From Syntrophus aciditrophicus (lineage in GTDB: Bacteria; Desulfobacterota; Syntrophia; Syntrophales; UBA5619), in assembly GCA_020722315.1 (NCBI GenBank), contig DYLD01000002.1:1-56584 (forward strand): a stretch of 56,584 nt of DNA, in the 5' to 3' direction. The translations under genes were made by a program, and so were the position numbers. Below are positions 27,146 to 36,659 of the stretch, piece by piece. The notes under the pieces are model-generated. The model was not told the origin of the DNA, searched no databases, and worked only from the letters and a program-made list of their open reading frames with translations. Every line of letters starts with the position of its first letter. Position 1 is the first letter of the stretch.

Positions 27146-28312
27146 GTGGGTGCGTTTCGAAAAAAGGGAGGCAGTTTCCGTTTGCTGATGGTTGCATGTT
27201 CATGCGCCTTATTGATTTCCTGTGCTTCCCTGTCGGAAATTCCGTTAACTCGACTCGGCACGCCGGAACATCACGTGGTTACCGGGATGAAGCTTTTGGA
27301 TCATGGCAAATACGTCGATGCGCGCCGAGAATTTGAGCTCGCGTTGAAGTTGAGTCCGGATTACGCGATGGCCTATGCCGGCCTTGGTCTTATCGGCGCC
27401 TGTAACGGGGACTTTAAAGGAGGGCTTGATTTTCTCGTTCGGGCGGACAAATTGATCAAAACCGATGCCGAGAAGGCCTTTGTTGCGCTCGCATTGATTC
27501 GGTTCAACACGTTGCGTCATATAGCCTGTCAGAGGGCCCTGGAGCCATCATTGTGCGCGGCGGATCAAAGCAACTGGCTTGAAGATTCAAAAGAGGCCTT
27601 CAGTATAGCTGTCAAGGGCGACAAAAAGGCCGCCCCCTATCTCTTTCTTGGAGAGGCATACCTGCAGGCATTTGAGCTAGAAAAGGCCGCGGGGATGTTT
27701 CAGATAGTTTTAGACCTGAAGGAAGATTACGTCGAGAAGGCAGAAAACCATCTCAAGCTTATCGGTAAAATTCGGGAGCTCAAGCCGAAGACGGCTATCG
27801 GAAGGAGGGTTGCATGTGCCCAGGACGTCAACAGGGCCGAAGTGGCCGCCCTTTTTGTAGATGAGCTGAAGGTCAAAAATCTTATCCGCCGGAAGGCCTT
27901 CCGGGATTTTGAAAAAACAATACCGTTGGCGAAGGATGCACTCAGTTGTCGACTTTTTTCCTCTATTGAAGATGCTGTAAAGCTCGGGATAGAAGGCCTG
28001 CATGTTTACCCCGACGGGAATTTCCGGCCCCGCGATCTGATAACCCGCGCGGATTACGCGGTGATGATAGAAGATATTGTTGCAAAGGCTTCCGGAGAAA
28101 AAGCCGTTGAACTCAAAGGGTTTCGTTCCCCCTTTTACGATGTGCCGGCGGACCACGCCTTTTTCCGTGCGGTGATGTTCGTTACGGCGCGGGGATTTAT
28201 GGAGCCTGTCGGTCAGCTTTCAGGTTCTTTTTCTCCTTTCGAACAGCTCAGCGGAATTGATGCAGTTTTTGCGATAAAAAAGGTGGAGGCTTATCTTCAA
28301 ACGAGAAGATGA
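27146..28312 (+). CDS. Lipoprotein with N-terminal TPR repeats and C-terminal SLH-like domains
   Basis: Probable GTG start at 27146, giving a basic n-region and lipobox LLISC (the ORF track starts at 27089). TPR-like helices. SLH-like segments: GIEGLHVYPDGNFRPRDLITRADYAVMIEDI and FYDVPADHAFFRAVMFVTARGFMEP. Confidence 0.65.
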   Translation: MGAFRKKGGSFRLLMVACSCALLISCASLSEIPLTRLGTPEHHVVTGMKLLDHGKYVDARREFELALKLSPDYAMAYAGLGLIGACNGDFKGGLDFLVRADKLIKTDAEKAFVALALIRFNTLRHIACQRALEPSLCAADQSNWLEDSKEAFSIAVKGDKKAAPYLFLGEAYLQAFELEKAAGMFQIVLDLKEDYVEKAENHLKLIGKIRELKPKTAIGRRVACAQDVNRAEVAALFVDELKVKNLIRRKAFRDFEKTIPLAKDALSCRLFSSIEDAVKLGIEGLHVYPDGNFRPRDLITRADYAVMIEDIVAKASGEKAVELKGFRSPFYDVPADHAFFRAVMFVTARGFMEPVGQLSGSFSPFEQLSGIDAVFAIKKVEAYLQTRR

Positions 28313-28369
28313 AAACAGATAGGGTTGCCTCTCCTGAGAAGCTTGTAAATACTTAACTGGAGATAATGT

Positions 28370-31033
28370 ATGGAAAAGGTTTCGTTTCCCAAGGCTTTTG
28401 ATCCCGGTGAGGCGGAGTCGAAATGGTACCAGTACTGGCTTTCGCGCAATCTGTTCCACGCTGATGACGTCAGCGACAAACCGCCTTTTTCGATCGTTAT
28501 CCCTCCGCCGAACGTGACAGGGATACTGCATATGGGACACGCACTGAACAATGTCCTGCAGGATATCTGTTGTCGTTATAAAAGAATGCAGGGCATGAAC
28601 GTTCTGTGGATGCCCGGTACCGACCATGCCGGCATCGCGACACAAAATGTAGTCGAACAGCAATTACAGAAGGAGGGCTTAACCCGTCACGATCTGGGGC
28701 GGGAGCAATTCATAGAAAGGGTCTGGCAGTGGAGGGAGCGCTTCGGCGGTGCGATTATCAATCAGCTCAAGCGACTGGGCTGCTCCTGCGATTGGTCGCG
28801 CGAGCGGTTCACGATGGACGATGGGCTTTCACAGGCAGTCCGTGAGGTGTTTGTACGTCTTTATAATGAAGGCCTTATCTACCAGGGGGATTATATTGTC
28901 AACTGGTGCCCCCGCTGTCTGACCGCGATATCCGATCTGGAAGTCGAGTATCATCAGGAAAACGGTTCCCTCTGGAGCATCATGTATCCTTATGCCGATG
29001 GAAAAGGAGGCATTGTCGTCGCAACGACGCGCCCGGAGACGATGCTCGGGGATACCGCGGTTGCAGTAAACCCGAATGACGAAAGGTATAAAGACGTTGT
29101 CGGCAGGGAGGTTATCCTGCCGCTGATGAACCGTAGAATTCCGATCATCGCCGATGATTACGTTACAATGGAATTCGGATCCGGTGCCGTGAAAATTACG
29201 CCGGCATCCGATCCGAACGATTTTGCGATTGCCGGGCGTCATGGACTTCCGATCATCAAAATTATGGACGACAGGGCGGTCATTAATCAAAACGGCGGCA
29301 CTTACGCAGGTCAGGACCGCTACGAGTGCCGCCAAAATGTTGTTCGTGATCTCGAAAAGGGAGGGTATCTGGTCGGCGTCGAAAGCTACACCCATAACAT
29401 CGGAAAGTGCTACCGTTGCAAGACTGATATTGAGCCGGCTGTTTCGAGGCAATGGTTTGTCAGGGTAGAACCGCTGGCCAAGAAGGCGATTGCGGCGGTA
29501 CAGGAAGGAAAAACCTCTATTATTCCAAAGGGATGGGAGACGACGTATTTTGAATGGATGAATAATATCCGGGACTGGTGCATTTCCCGGCAAATCTGGT
29601 GGGGGCATCGCATTCCTGTCTGGACCTGCGAGGACTGCGGTAAGATCATCGTTTCGGCTAACGACCCCGACCGCTGCCCGTATTGTGGGGGCACAAAACT
29701 CCGCCAGGAGGAGGATGTTCTTGATACGTGGTTCAGTTCGGCGCTGTGGCCTTTCTCGACGTTTGGCTGGCCGGCCGATACCCCGGCTCTGAAAACCTTT
29801 TATCCCACGTCGTTGCTGATCACCGGTTTTGATATCCTGTTTTTCTGGGTTGCCCGGATGATGATGATGGGACTTTACGTGATGAACGACGTTCCGTTTA
29901 AGGATGTCTATCTGCATGCGCTGGTCCGGGATGAAAACGGTGAGAAGATGAGTAAGTCAAGGGGAAATATCATCGATCCGCTGGAGATGATGGATAAATA
30001 CGGGACGGACGCGTTCCGGTTCACGCTTGCCGCATTTACCGCACAGGGCAGAGATATACGGATGTCCGAGGAACGTATCGAAGGATACAAGTTTTTTATC
30101 AACAAGATCTGGAATGCAACGAGGTTTTCGTTGATGAACCTGGAGGATTACGATCCCGCAGCTCTGGTCGGAGACGATGATTTTTCTCTTGCCGACAGAT
30201 GGATAAAGACCCGGTTGAACATGACCGTCTCCGAAGTCACAAGCGGCCTCGACGAATACCGGTTCAATGACGCGGCGGCGGCAATCTACCGGTTTGTTTG
30301 GCATGAGTTCTGCGATTGGTACCTCGAGATGGCCAAGCCTGCCTTATACGGCAAGGTCGATCCGGCACGAAAACGGGCCGCTCAGCAGACACTTTTTCGT
30401 GTTTTGCGTGATTCCCTGAAGCTCCTCCATCCATTTATGCCGTTTGTGACTGAAGAAATATGGCAGAGGCTGGTTAATGACAAAACCTCAATTATGGAAA
30501 ATTTGTTTCCGAAACAGGACCGGAATCTCGATGATCCTGTTGCTCTGGATGAAATGGAACTGCTGATGGATGTCATAACGAGGATACGCAATGTCCGCGG
30601 CGAGATGACGATTCCTCCTTCATTGAAACTGAAGGTGCGTCTCGCTGCGCCGTCAGACGGTATCAGAAAAATACTCGAAGATGGGCGGGACTATCTGACG
30701 AACCTGGCAAACCTGGAAAAACTCGATATCTCTGCTGAGATTGCTGAACCAAAAGGTGTTGCTACGGCGATAGCCGGCGAGGTGCGGATCTATGTCTTTC
30801 TATCCGGGGTTATAGACGTTGACCGAGAAAAAAGGCGTCTGGAGAAGGAGATTGAAAAGACGGACAAGGAGCTCGTTGTTATCAAAAAAAAGATCGGCAA
30901 CCCCGATTTTCTTTCCAAGGCGGCCGGCGATGTCGTGCAGCGCGAACAGAAGAAGGCCCTCGATCTCGACGAAAAGAGAAAGGCGCTTGATGACGCGCTC
31001 AAACGAATCATTCGGCTTGAAGAGGAAATGTAG
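28370..31033 (+). CDS. valS: Valine--tRNA ligase
   Basis: 887 aa with a HIGH-type motif (LHMGHAL), KMSKS and a C-terminal coiled coil. Confidence 0.97.
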   Translation: MEKVSFPKAFDPGEAESKWYQYWLSRNLFHADDVSDKPPFSIVIPPPNVTGILHMGHALNNVLQDICCRYKRMQGMNVLWMPGTDHAGIATQNVVEQQLQKEGLTRHDLGREQFIERVWQWRERFGGAIINQLKRLGCSCDWSRERFTMDDGLSQAVREVFVRLYNEGLIYQGDYIVNWCPRCLTAISDLEVEYHQENGSLWSIMYPYADGKGGIVVATTRPETMLGDTAVAVNPNDERYKDVVGREVILPLMNRRIPIIADDYVTMEFGSGAVKITPASDPNDFAIAGRHGLPIIKIMDDRAVINQNGGTYAGQDRYECRQNVVRDLEKGGYLVGVESYTHNIGKCYRCKTDIEPAVSRQWFVRVEPLAKKAIAAVQEGKTSIIPKGWETTYFEWMNNIRDWCISRQIWWGHRIPVWTCEDCGKIIVSANDPDRCPYCGGTKLRQEEDVLDTWFSSALWPFSTFGWPADTPALKTFYPTSLLITGFDILFFWVARMMMMGLYVMNDVPFKDVYLHALVRDENGEKMSKSRGNIIDPLEMMDKYGTDAFRFTLAAFTAQGRDIRMSEERIEGYKFFINKIWNATRFSLMNLEDYDPAALVGDDDFSLADRWIKTRLNMTVSEVTSGLDEYRFNDAAAAIYRFVWHEFCDWYLEMAKPALYGKVDPARKRAAQQTLFRVLRDSLKLLHPFMPFVTEEIWQRLVNDKTSIMENLFPKQDRNLDDPVALDEMELLMDVITRIRNVRGEMTIPPSLKLKVRLAAPSDGIRKILEDGRDYLTNLANLEKLDISAEIAEPKGVATAIAGEVRIYVFLSGVIDVDREKRRLEKEIEKTDKELVVIKKKIGNPDFLSKAAGDVVQREQKKALDLDEKRKALDDALKRIIRLEEEM

Positions 31034-31042
31034 AGGGTAGCC

Positions 31043-31888
31043 ATGCTGCCGCATCATTTGATTCGGGAATTTATCAAGAACGCGCTCGCCGAAGATATCG
31101 GCAGAGGAGATCTAACGACGGACGCCGTTCTTGAAGGTGTTGAAATAGGAACTGCATTGGCGTCGGCGAAGGGTGATTTTGTCGTGGCGGGGATAGATCT
31201 TTTCGGCGACGTCTTTTTGACCTATGACGCAGGGCTTATATTTACTCCCTTCAAAAAAGATGGAGATACGGTAAGCCTTGGAGAGTCCCTCGCCGAGATT
31301 TCAGGAAAGCTCTCTTCGATCCTGACTGCGGAGAGGGTTTCACTCAATCTTTTCCAGCGGATGTGCGGTATCGCTACAATGACCCGCCGTTTTGTCGAGG
31401 AAACAAAAGGGACAAAGGCAAAAATCGTCGATACCAGAAAAACAGCCCCGGGGCTGCGCGTTTTCGATAAGTACGCAGTCCGCGTCGGCGGCGGTTTCAA
31501 CCACCGTTTCGCGTTGTACGACGGGGTCCTGATCAAAGATAACCATATTGCCGCGGCAGGCGGAATCTCGCAGGCCGTTGCGAGGGCAAAACAGAGGATC
31601 CCCCACACGCTCAAAATCGAGGTAGAGGTCAAAAACAACAGGGAATTGGAGGAGGCGCTTTCTTGCGGTGTCGATGCGGTTCTTCTGGATAATATGGATG
31701 TTACACAGATTGCCGAAGCCGTTGCAATCAACAAGGGAAGGGCTGTCCTCGAGGCATCCGGAAACATGGTGATAGAAAATATCCGCCCTGTTGCGGAAAC
31801 CGGCGTCGATCTCATTTCGGTCGGGGCGCTGACCCACTCTGTTCTGGCCGCGGATATTTCCGTCAATATCAAAGAAACAAAGCCATGA
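31043..31888 (+). CDS. nadC: Nicotinate-nucleotide pyrophosphorylase (carboxylating)
   Basis: 281 aa, QPRTase-like (DTRKTAPGLR, LIKDNHI, MLDNM). Confidence 0.92.
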   Translation: MLPHHLIREFIKNALAEDIGRGDLTTDAVLEGVEIGTALASAKGDFVVAGIDLFGDVFLTYDAGLIFTPFKKDGDTVSLGESLAEISGKLSSILTAERVSLNLFQRMCGIATMTRRFVEETKGTKAKIVDTRKTAPGLRVFDKYAVRVGGGFNHRFALYDGVLIKDNHIAAAGGISQAVARAKQRIPHTLKIEVEVKNNRELEEALSCGVDAVLLDNMDVTQIAEAVAINKGRAVLEASGNMVIENIRPVAETGVDLISVGALTHSVLAADISVNIKETKP

Positions 31889-32712
31889 TCCGCACAGAAC
31901 CTCAACATCACGCCGCTAAGCCCAAAGGGTTGAATATCGATTTTTTGAGGAAGCGCCTGAGCGTCTTAAGAATCGGTTCTCCTCTTTATTATTTTGAGAC
32001 GGTTGATTCAACCAACACTGTTGGCGTAAGACTTGCCGAACAGGGAGCGGCTGAGGGAACGCTGATTCTGGCCGAAAGCCAAACGGCCGGCAGGGGGCGT
32101 TTCCACCGGAGGTGGCAGTCTCCTTTAGGCACCAATCTCTATTTCTCTTTTGTGTTACGCCCGGATATAGAGGCGTCGAAAACCGCTGCTGTGACTTTCG
32201 TGGCAGGTGTTGCTGCATTCGACGCCCTTTTTGTTTATTGTCGCGACGGTCTTCAGATCAAATGGCCGAACGATATCCTTATTCATAACCGTAAAGTCTG
32301 CGGCATACTTACCGAGCTGAAAACCGCCGGCAATGGCATTGAGCTGGTTGTCGGCGTCGGAATCAACGTCAATATCAAAAGGGTGGATTTCGACGTGGAG
32401 TATCGAGAAAGGGCCACCTCGCTTGCCGAGGAAACCGGGAACGAACTGCCCAGAGAAGATGTGCTTATTCATTTCTGCACCCAGTTTCAGAGATGGTATG
32501 GAGTTTTTCTTGAGGTAGGCTTCAAGCCGATCAAAAGGGCCTGGCTCGACAGGACAACGATGGTCGGAAGGCTGGTCAAAATTAGGTTCCGGGACGAAAC
32601 GCAGGAAGGACTTGTTTGGGGGATTGACGACGATGGCGCGCTGTTGCTTGTTGATGGAGAAAAAACTATCCGCAGAATCACTGCCGGCGAGGCGACGGTT
32701 ATCAATCGTTAG
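31885..32712 (+). CDS. birA: Biotin--[acetyl-CoA-carboxylase] ligase (no N-terminal HTH apparent)
   Basis: GRGRFHRRWQSP motif and KWPNDI. 275 aa. The start overlaps the nadC stop. Confidence 0.88.
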   Translation: MIRTEPQHHAAKPKGLNIDFLRKRLSVLRIGSPLYYFETVDSTNTVGVRLAEQGAAEGTLILAESQTAGRGRFHRRWQSPLGTNLYFSFVLRPDIEASKTAAVTFVAGVAAFDALFVYCRDGLQIKWPNDILIHNRKVCGILTELKTAGNGIELVVGVGINVNIKRVDFDVEYRERATSLAEETGNELPREDVLIHFCTQFQRWYGVFLEVGFKPIKRAWLDRTTMVGRLVKIRFRDETQEGLVWGIDDDGALLLVDGEKTIRRITAGEATVINR

Positions 32713-32729
32713 TTTTGGGGGGTAATTTT

Positions 32730-33494
32730 ATGCTTCTGGTTATGGATGTCGGAAATACCAACACGGTACTGGGTCTGTACGAAGGGGACAAATTGCTCCA
32801 TGATTGGCGAATCAGAACGGTTATTGATCACACCATTGACGAGTACGGTGTGCTTATCCTGAATCTCTACAAGAACGGCAGAACCAGGGCTAAACCGATA
32901 GACGATATTATCATATCCTGTGTTGTGCCCCCGATGATGAATATCCTTGTGCCGATGTGTGAGAAGTATTTCGGCATTAAGCCGATGATAGTCGAGCCGG
33001 GGATAAAAACGGGGATGCCGATTTTTTACGATAACCCCCGCGAGGTGGGGGCTGATCGTATTGTCAATGCGGTTGCCGCGTATGAGAAGTACAAACGAGA
33101 GATGATTATCGTCGATTTCGGCACCGCGACGACGTTCGATTATATATCGGCGAAGGGGGAATATATGGGAGGGTGCATTGCCCCGGGGGTCATGATTTCC
33201 AGTGAGGCCCTTTTCGAAAAGGCGTCGAAATTGCCGCGCGTCGAACTTTACACGCCGCGTACGGTTGTCACAAAGGATACGGTCAGCGCAATACAGGCAG
33301 GGATCATGTACGGTTATGCGGGTCTTGTCGACGGTATTGTCGAGAGAATCAGCGCCGAAATCCACTCCAGCCCCCTTGTTGTTGCTACCGGAGGGCTCGC
33401 CACGCTTATCCAGGGAGTTGCCCGGCGAATTGATCTGGTCGACGAGATGCTGACGATTGAAGGGTTGCGCATTATTTTTCAACGGAACAAATGA
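32730..33494 (+). CDS. coaX: Type III pantothenate kinase
   Basis: Start at ATG 32730 (MLLVMDVGNTNTV). GADR and DFGTATT motifs. Conserved birA-coaX adjacency. Confidence 0.92.
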   Translation: MLLVMDVGNTNTVLGLYEGDKLLHDWRIRTVIDHTIDEYGVLILNLYKNGRTRAKPIDDIIISCVVPPMMNILVPMCEKYFGIKPMIVEPGIKTGMPIFYDNPREVGADRIVNAVAAYEKYKREMIIVDFGTATTFDYISAKGEYMGGCIAPGVMISSEALFEKASKLPRVELYTPRTVVTKDTVSAIQAGIMYGYAGLVDGIVERISAEIHSSPLVVATGGLATLIQGVARRIDLVDEMLTIEGLRIIFQRNK

Positions 33495-33544
33495 CCGTGC
33501 TTGCTGTCTTTTCAAATTAAAAAATCGGTCTTTACGGGTCGAAG

Positions 33545-34159
33545 ATGCTTAATGTAGGCTTGACCGGCGGTATAGCCAGCGGGAAATCGACTGTCGCCCG
33601 GATCCTCGTGGCAAAGGGCGCGCTTCTGATTGATCTCGACGAGCTGGCCCATTTGGCGGAGGAGCCCGGAGGGGCCGTCTGGGGCGAGATCGTCCGCCAT
33701 TTCGGGGAAGGCGTTTTGCGTGCGGATCGACGAATTGACCGTGGGAGGCTCGGAGCAGTCGTTTTTTCCGATCCGGAGAAAAGGAAGCTTCTCAACAAAC
33801 TGGTTCACCCGGCTGTTTTGAAACTCTGGCAGGAACGTCTCGACGAGCTCCGTAGAACCTATCCGGAAGCGGTTGTTTTATCCGATATCCCCCTTCTGAT
33901 TGAGGCCGGCATGGAAAAGATGGTGGATCTTGTTCTTCTGGTTTATCTGCCCCGTGAAAAACAGATCACAAGATTGATGAAGCGCAACGGTTTGAGCAAA
34001 TACGAGGCGGAGCTGCGTGTCGCTGCCCAAATGCCGATCGAGCAAAAGAAGGTTCTCGCGGATATTGTTGTCAACAATGAAGGGTCGGAAGACGAAACAA
34101 AAGCGGCGCTGGACGGTATTTGGGAAGAGTTAAAAAAAAGGGCGAAACTTGGCAATTGA
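33545..34159 (+). CDS. coaE: Dephospho-CoA kinase
   Basis: GLTGGIASGKST P-loop. 204 aa. Confidence 0.92.
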   Translation: MLNVGLTGGIASGKSTVARILVAKGALLIDLDELAHLAEEPGGAVWGEIVRHFGEGVLRADRRIDRGRLGAVVFSDPEKRKLLNKLVHPAVLKLWQERLDELRRTYPEAVVLSDIPLLIEAGMEKMVDLVLLVYLPREKQITRLMKRNGLSKYEAELRVAAQMPIEQKKVLADIVVNNEGSEDETKAALDGIWEELKKRAKLGN

Positions 34160-34197
34160 TTTTTTTAAAAAACCATAATCTAAAGCTTCGTTTTTTT

Positions 34198-34390
34198 GAG
34201 ACCTTTGCAAAACGCCACCTTCGCTCTCATAAATCTTTTCCAACCCCGCAGCGTCTCGCGGCAGCTGCAAAGGCCAAACGCTCTTGTAAAGTTTTGTGTT
34301 CTTAACGCCTCTTCCTTGGGCTTCACGGCGGGGTAGCTCAAGAAAAATCAATAAATTTGCGCTTCAGACGGCATTTTTTTAAATTTTTCC
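34198..34390 (+). repeat. MITE-like foldback repeat, full-length copy C
   Basis: GAGACCTTTGCAAAACGCCACCTTCGCTCTCATAAATC...AAGAAAAATCAATAAATTTGCGCTTCAG. Collinear with copy B. The right terminus is degenerate. Lies between the convergent coaE and mobA genes. Confidence 0.8.
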
Positions 34391-34475
34391 TTTTAGGTGA
34401 CAGCTTTGAGAAATGCCGCGTTCTTCAAGCGGATTTTTTTTGGTAATTGCGAAAGGGCTCCAGGGGTGAGACCTT

Positions 34476-35072
34476 TTAAGGTAGTGGTCGGCTTTTCGAG
34501 ATAATCCCGTTAAGATTTTGTAAATCCTCCGGCGTGTTGAGGTTCGTGAACATCCTCCCTTCCGGATCGAATCTTTCCAGGATGTCAGGAGCTACCTTGA
34601 GTATTTTACGTCCCTGATAGAATCCTTTAATTTGCAGGCTGTTTTTGTCCAGTAGGTTCTTTATGAACGGCAGGCAGACGCGGGAATAAACGGCGCAAAG
34701 AGGCTGTAGCCCGTCCGGTGGCGCAGGAACGACAATGTCATAGCCCGGGGCGTTTTTTTTCAAGTATTCGATAAAAGGACGATTGACAAACGGCATATCA
34801 CAGGCAACCACGAAGGCGTACTCGGAGCGGGCGAAGAAAAGTCCCGTATAAAGCCCCCCGAGTGCCCCCTTGCCGGGAATGATATCGCTGACGATCGTCG
34901 CTTCAAGAGACATGTATTCCAGGGGATTGGTGACCACGATGATCACCTCTTCAAAAGTGTCTTTCAGTATATCAAGCAATTGATCAATCAGGCGTTTTTT
35001 GCCGATGTTTAAAAACGCCTTTTTTGTTCCCATGCGGGTGTTTTTCCCTCCCGCCAAGATAACGCCGGTCAT
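34476..35072 (-). CDS. mobA: Molybdenum cofactor guanylyltransferase
   Basis: Start at the internal ATG 35072, giving MTGVILAGGKNTRMG. MobA-like, about 198 aa. Confidence 0.85.
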   Translation of the reverse strand: MTGVILAGGKNTRMGTKKAFLNIGKKRLIDQLLDILKDTFEEVIIVVTNPLEYMSLEATIVSDIIPGKGALGGLYTGLFFARSEYAFVVACDMPFVNRPFIEYLKKNAPGYDIVVPAPPDGLQPLCAVYSRVCLPFIKNLLDKNSLQIKGFYQGRKILKVAPDILERFDPEGRMFTNLNTPEDLQNLNGIISKSRPLP

Positions 35073-35494
35073 TCTTTTCTTTTTTCTCCTTTCCAACTGT
35101 GCGCCAAAAGATTTTTGTGTAGCATCTCCTGCACCATCACGCGAGAATAGCAACCTTCCTGCCGCCCCCTCGGAACGATTTGGTCGGGGGAAACCTTGTG
35201 GAGATAAATGAGTGCGTTCGTGAAAGGGGGCAATTATCCGTGGAGGCCCCGAATTAGCTCAAGTCGTTTGGGTGTAATACGATCAGCGGAACCACGCAGA
35301 ACAGATACGATCCGCCAAAGCGTGTTTACAATTATTGCGTCGTGAAGCTCCCTAAAAGAAACCTCTGTTGCAAAACGCCGCTCGTATTCACTTTCGAAAT
35401 GGTTGGCCTCATCACTAAAGGCAGTTTCCAAAAATACCGGATAGCGCCTTATCTTTATTAAGGGGAGTGCCAGCTCATCGTGATTGGCTATGTG

Positions 35495-36289
35495 TTATTT
35501 ACTTCCCTCGTGGACGGCCCTCATTTTTCGGGATTCCTGGAATAGTCTGACAGCCTCTTTTATTTCATCTCCGGCCAGCAAAACGGCCTGATAGGCGGCT
35601 TCGCGTTCAAGGGCTGTTTCCAGATCGGCATCGGCGTTTTTTTCCAGCGACTCTTTGATAGAACGGATAGCGTTTCCGGATTTCACCGACAGTTTATCAA
35701 TCAATAGTTGTACTTCTTCGTCCAGTTTTTCTTCGGGCACGGATTTGTATATCAGACCGGCCGAGGCCGCCTCTGCACCGCTTATGACTTCCCCCAGTAG
35801 GGCTATTTCCTTTGCCTTTGCCATTCCGACAAGCCTTGGAAGAAAATAGGAAGCTCCCCCATCCAGCGAAATACCTAGATTCACGAACGCCTCGCAAAAT
35901 TTTGCGTTATCGGCTGCGATTGCAAAATCCGCGGCAAATGCCAGTCCAACGGCATAACCAACCACATTGCCTCTGATCTTGCATATGACGGGCTGAGGAG
36001 TTGTTTTGATGGCGAGGATGAGCTTTCCGACAGGGTCTTTCATATGATGAAATGCCTCTATGGGTTCAACGGATGCACCCAGCAGTGCCATATCCGCTCC
36101 AGTAGAGAAATTATCCCCCGCGCCTTCCAGAACGATGACGCGGGTGTCACTGTCGGAGCCAAGTTCTTGGAACGAGACCAAAAGGGAGGAAAGCGCCTCG
36201 GACGTTAGCGCGTTCATTACGCCCGGACGGTTTATTGTTATCGTTGCCGCATGATTTTTCTTGCTCACCAAAATCGTGTTATTCTCCAT
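35495..36289 (-). CDS. Enoyl-CoA hydratase/isomerase (crotonase) family protein
   Basis: 264 aa with crotonase-fold motifs (VIVLEGAGDNFSTGADM, GYAVGLAFAADFAIA). Confidence 0.88.
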   Translation of the reverse strand: MENNTILVSKKNHAATITINRPGVMNALTSEALSSLLVSFQELGSDSDTRVIVLEGAGDNFSTGADMALLGASVEPIEAFHHMKDPVGKLILAIKTTPQPVICKIRGNVVGYAVGLAFAADFAIAADNAKFCEAFVNLGISLDGGASYFLPRLVGMAKAKEIALLGEVISGAEAASAGLIYKSVPEEKLDEEVQLLIDKLSVKSGNAIRSIKESLEKNADADLETALEREAAYQAVLLAGDEIKEAVRLFQESRKMRAVHEGSK

Positions 36290-36317
36290 TTCGCGTTTTC
36301 CTTTCAGTGTTTGTCTA

Positions 36318-36502
36318 AAAGACCTAGCAGATTGCCGTTTTTTGCCAATCCGAGAAGCAAAAAGCCCCGCCGGCTGAATAGGGCTGCAATGGCGTCAAGA
36401 ACGCAAACAATCCAAAAGTGCTTAGCCTTTGGAGCCGTAACGAGACGCCGCTGGGTTGAAACATATTTCATGAGCGCGAAGGTGTCATTTTTCAAGGCTC
36501 TC
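36318..36502 (-). repeat. MITE-like foldback repeat, diverged full-length copy D
   Basis: The reverse complement reads GAGAGCCTTGAAAAATGACACCTTCGCGCTCATGAAAT...GGCTCCAAAGGCTAAGC...GCGGGG, collinear with copy B. Lies in the divergent promoter region, about 28 nt from the crotonase ATG. Confidence 0.7.
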
Positions 36503-36590
36503 GCAATGCTCTTGTTGGATAACTATAAAAGGGCGCATTGAAATGTCAACAGATTTTCCTGCGATGGTTGTAACGTCTTTTAGGTTTATC

Positions 36591-36618
36591 TTGATAAAAA
36601 TCGTTGAACCATTATAAA
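36591..36618 (+). promoter_or_regulatory. Candidate sigma70-type promoter for the 148-aa tandem-module gene
   Basis: TTGATA (36591-36596), 16-nt spacer, TATAAA (36613-36618). AAGGAGG SD at 36646-36652. Confidence 0.4.
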
Positions 36619-36659
36619 AATCATTGTCTGATCTTTCGTGAGGATAAGGAGGAACAAAA

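Noticed and set aside
28829-29917. 362-aa ORF antisense to valS
   Set aside because: It lies entirely inside and opposite the clearly functional valS gene. Its composition is Arg/Pro/Asn-rich with no motifs, as expected for a shadow ORF of a long, mid-GC gene.
32709-33515. 268-aa ORF covering the whole of coaX on the opposite strand
   Set aside because: coaX has unmistakable type III pantothenate kinase motifs. The antisense translation is R/N/H-rich and featureless, with no SD. Similar shadow ORFs opposite pgk (20775-21548), rfbD (22400-23125), nadC (31222-31911) and the MBL gene (40783-41511) are rejected for the same reason.
35234-35431. 65-aa ORF between mobA and the crotonase gene, initially considered a toxin-antitoxin remnant
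   Set aside because: It has no in-frame ATG: the frame opens directly after the crotonase stop and the track start is TTG. It has no SD. Its centre (35358-35391) is a left-arm relic of the repeat family, and a second relic lies at 35190-35226. The spacer is most simply non-coding.
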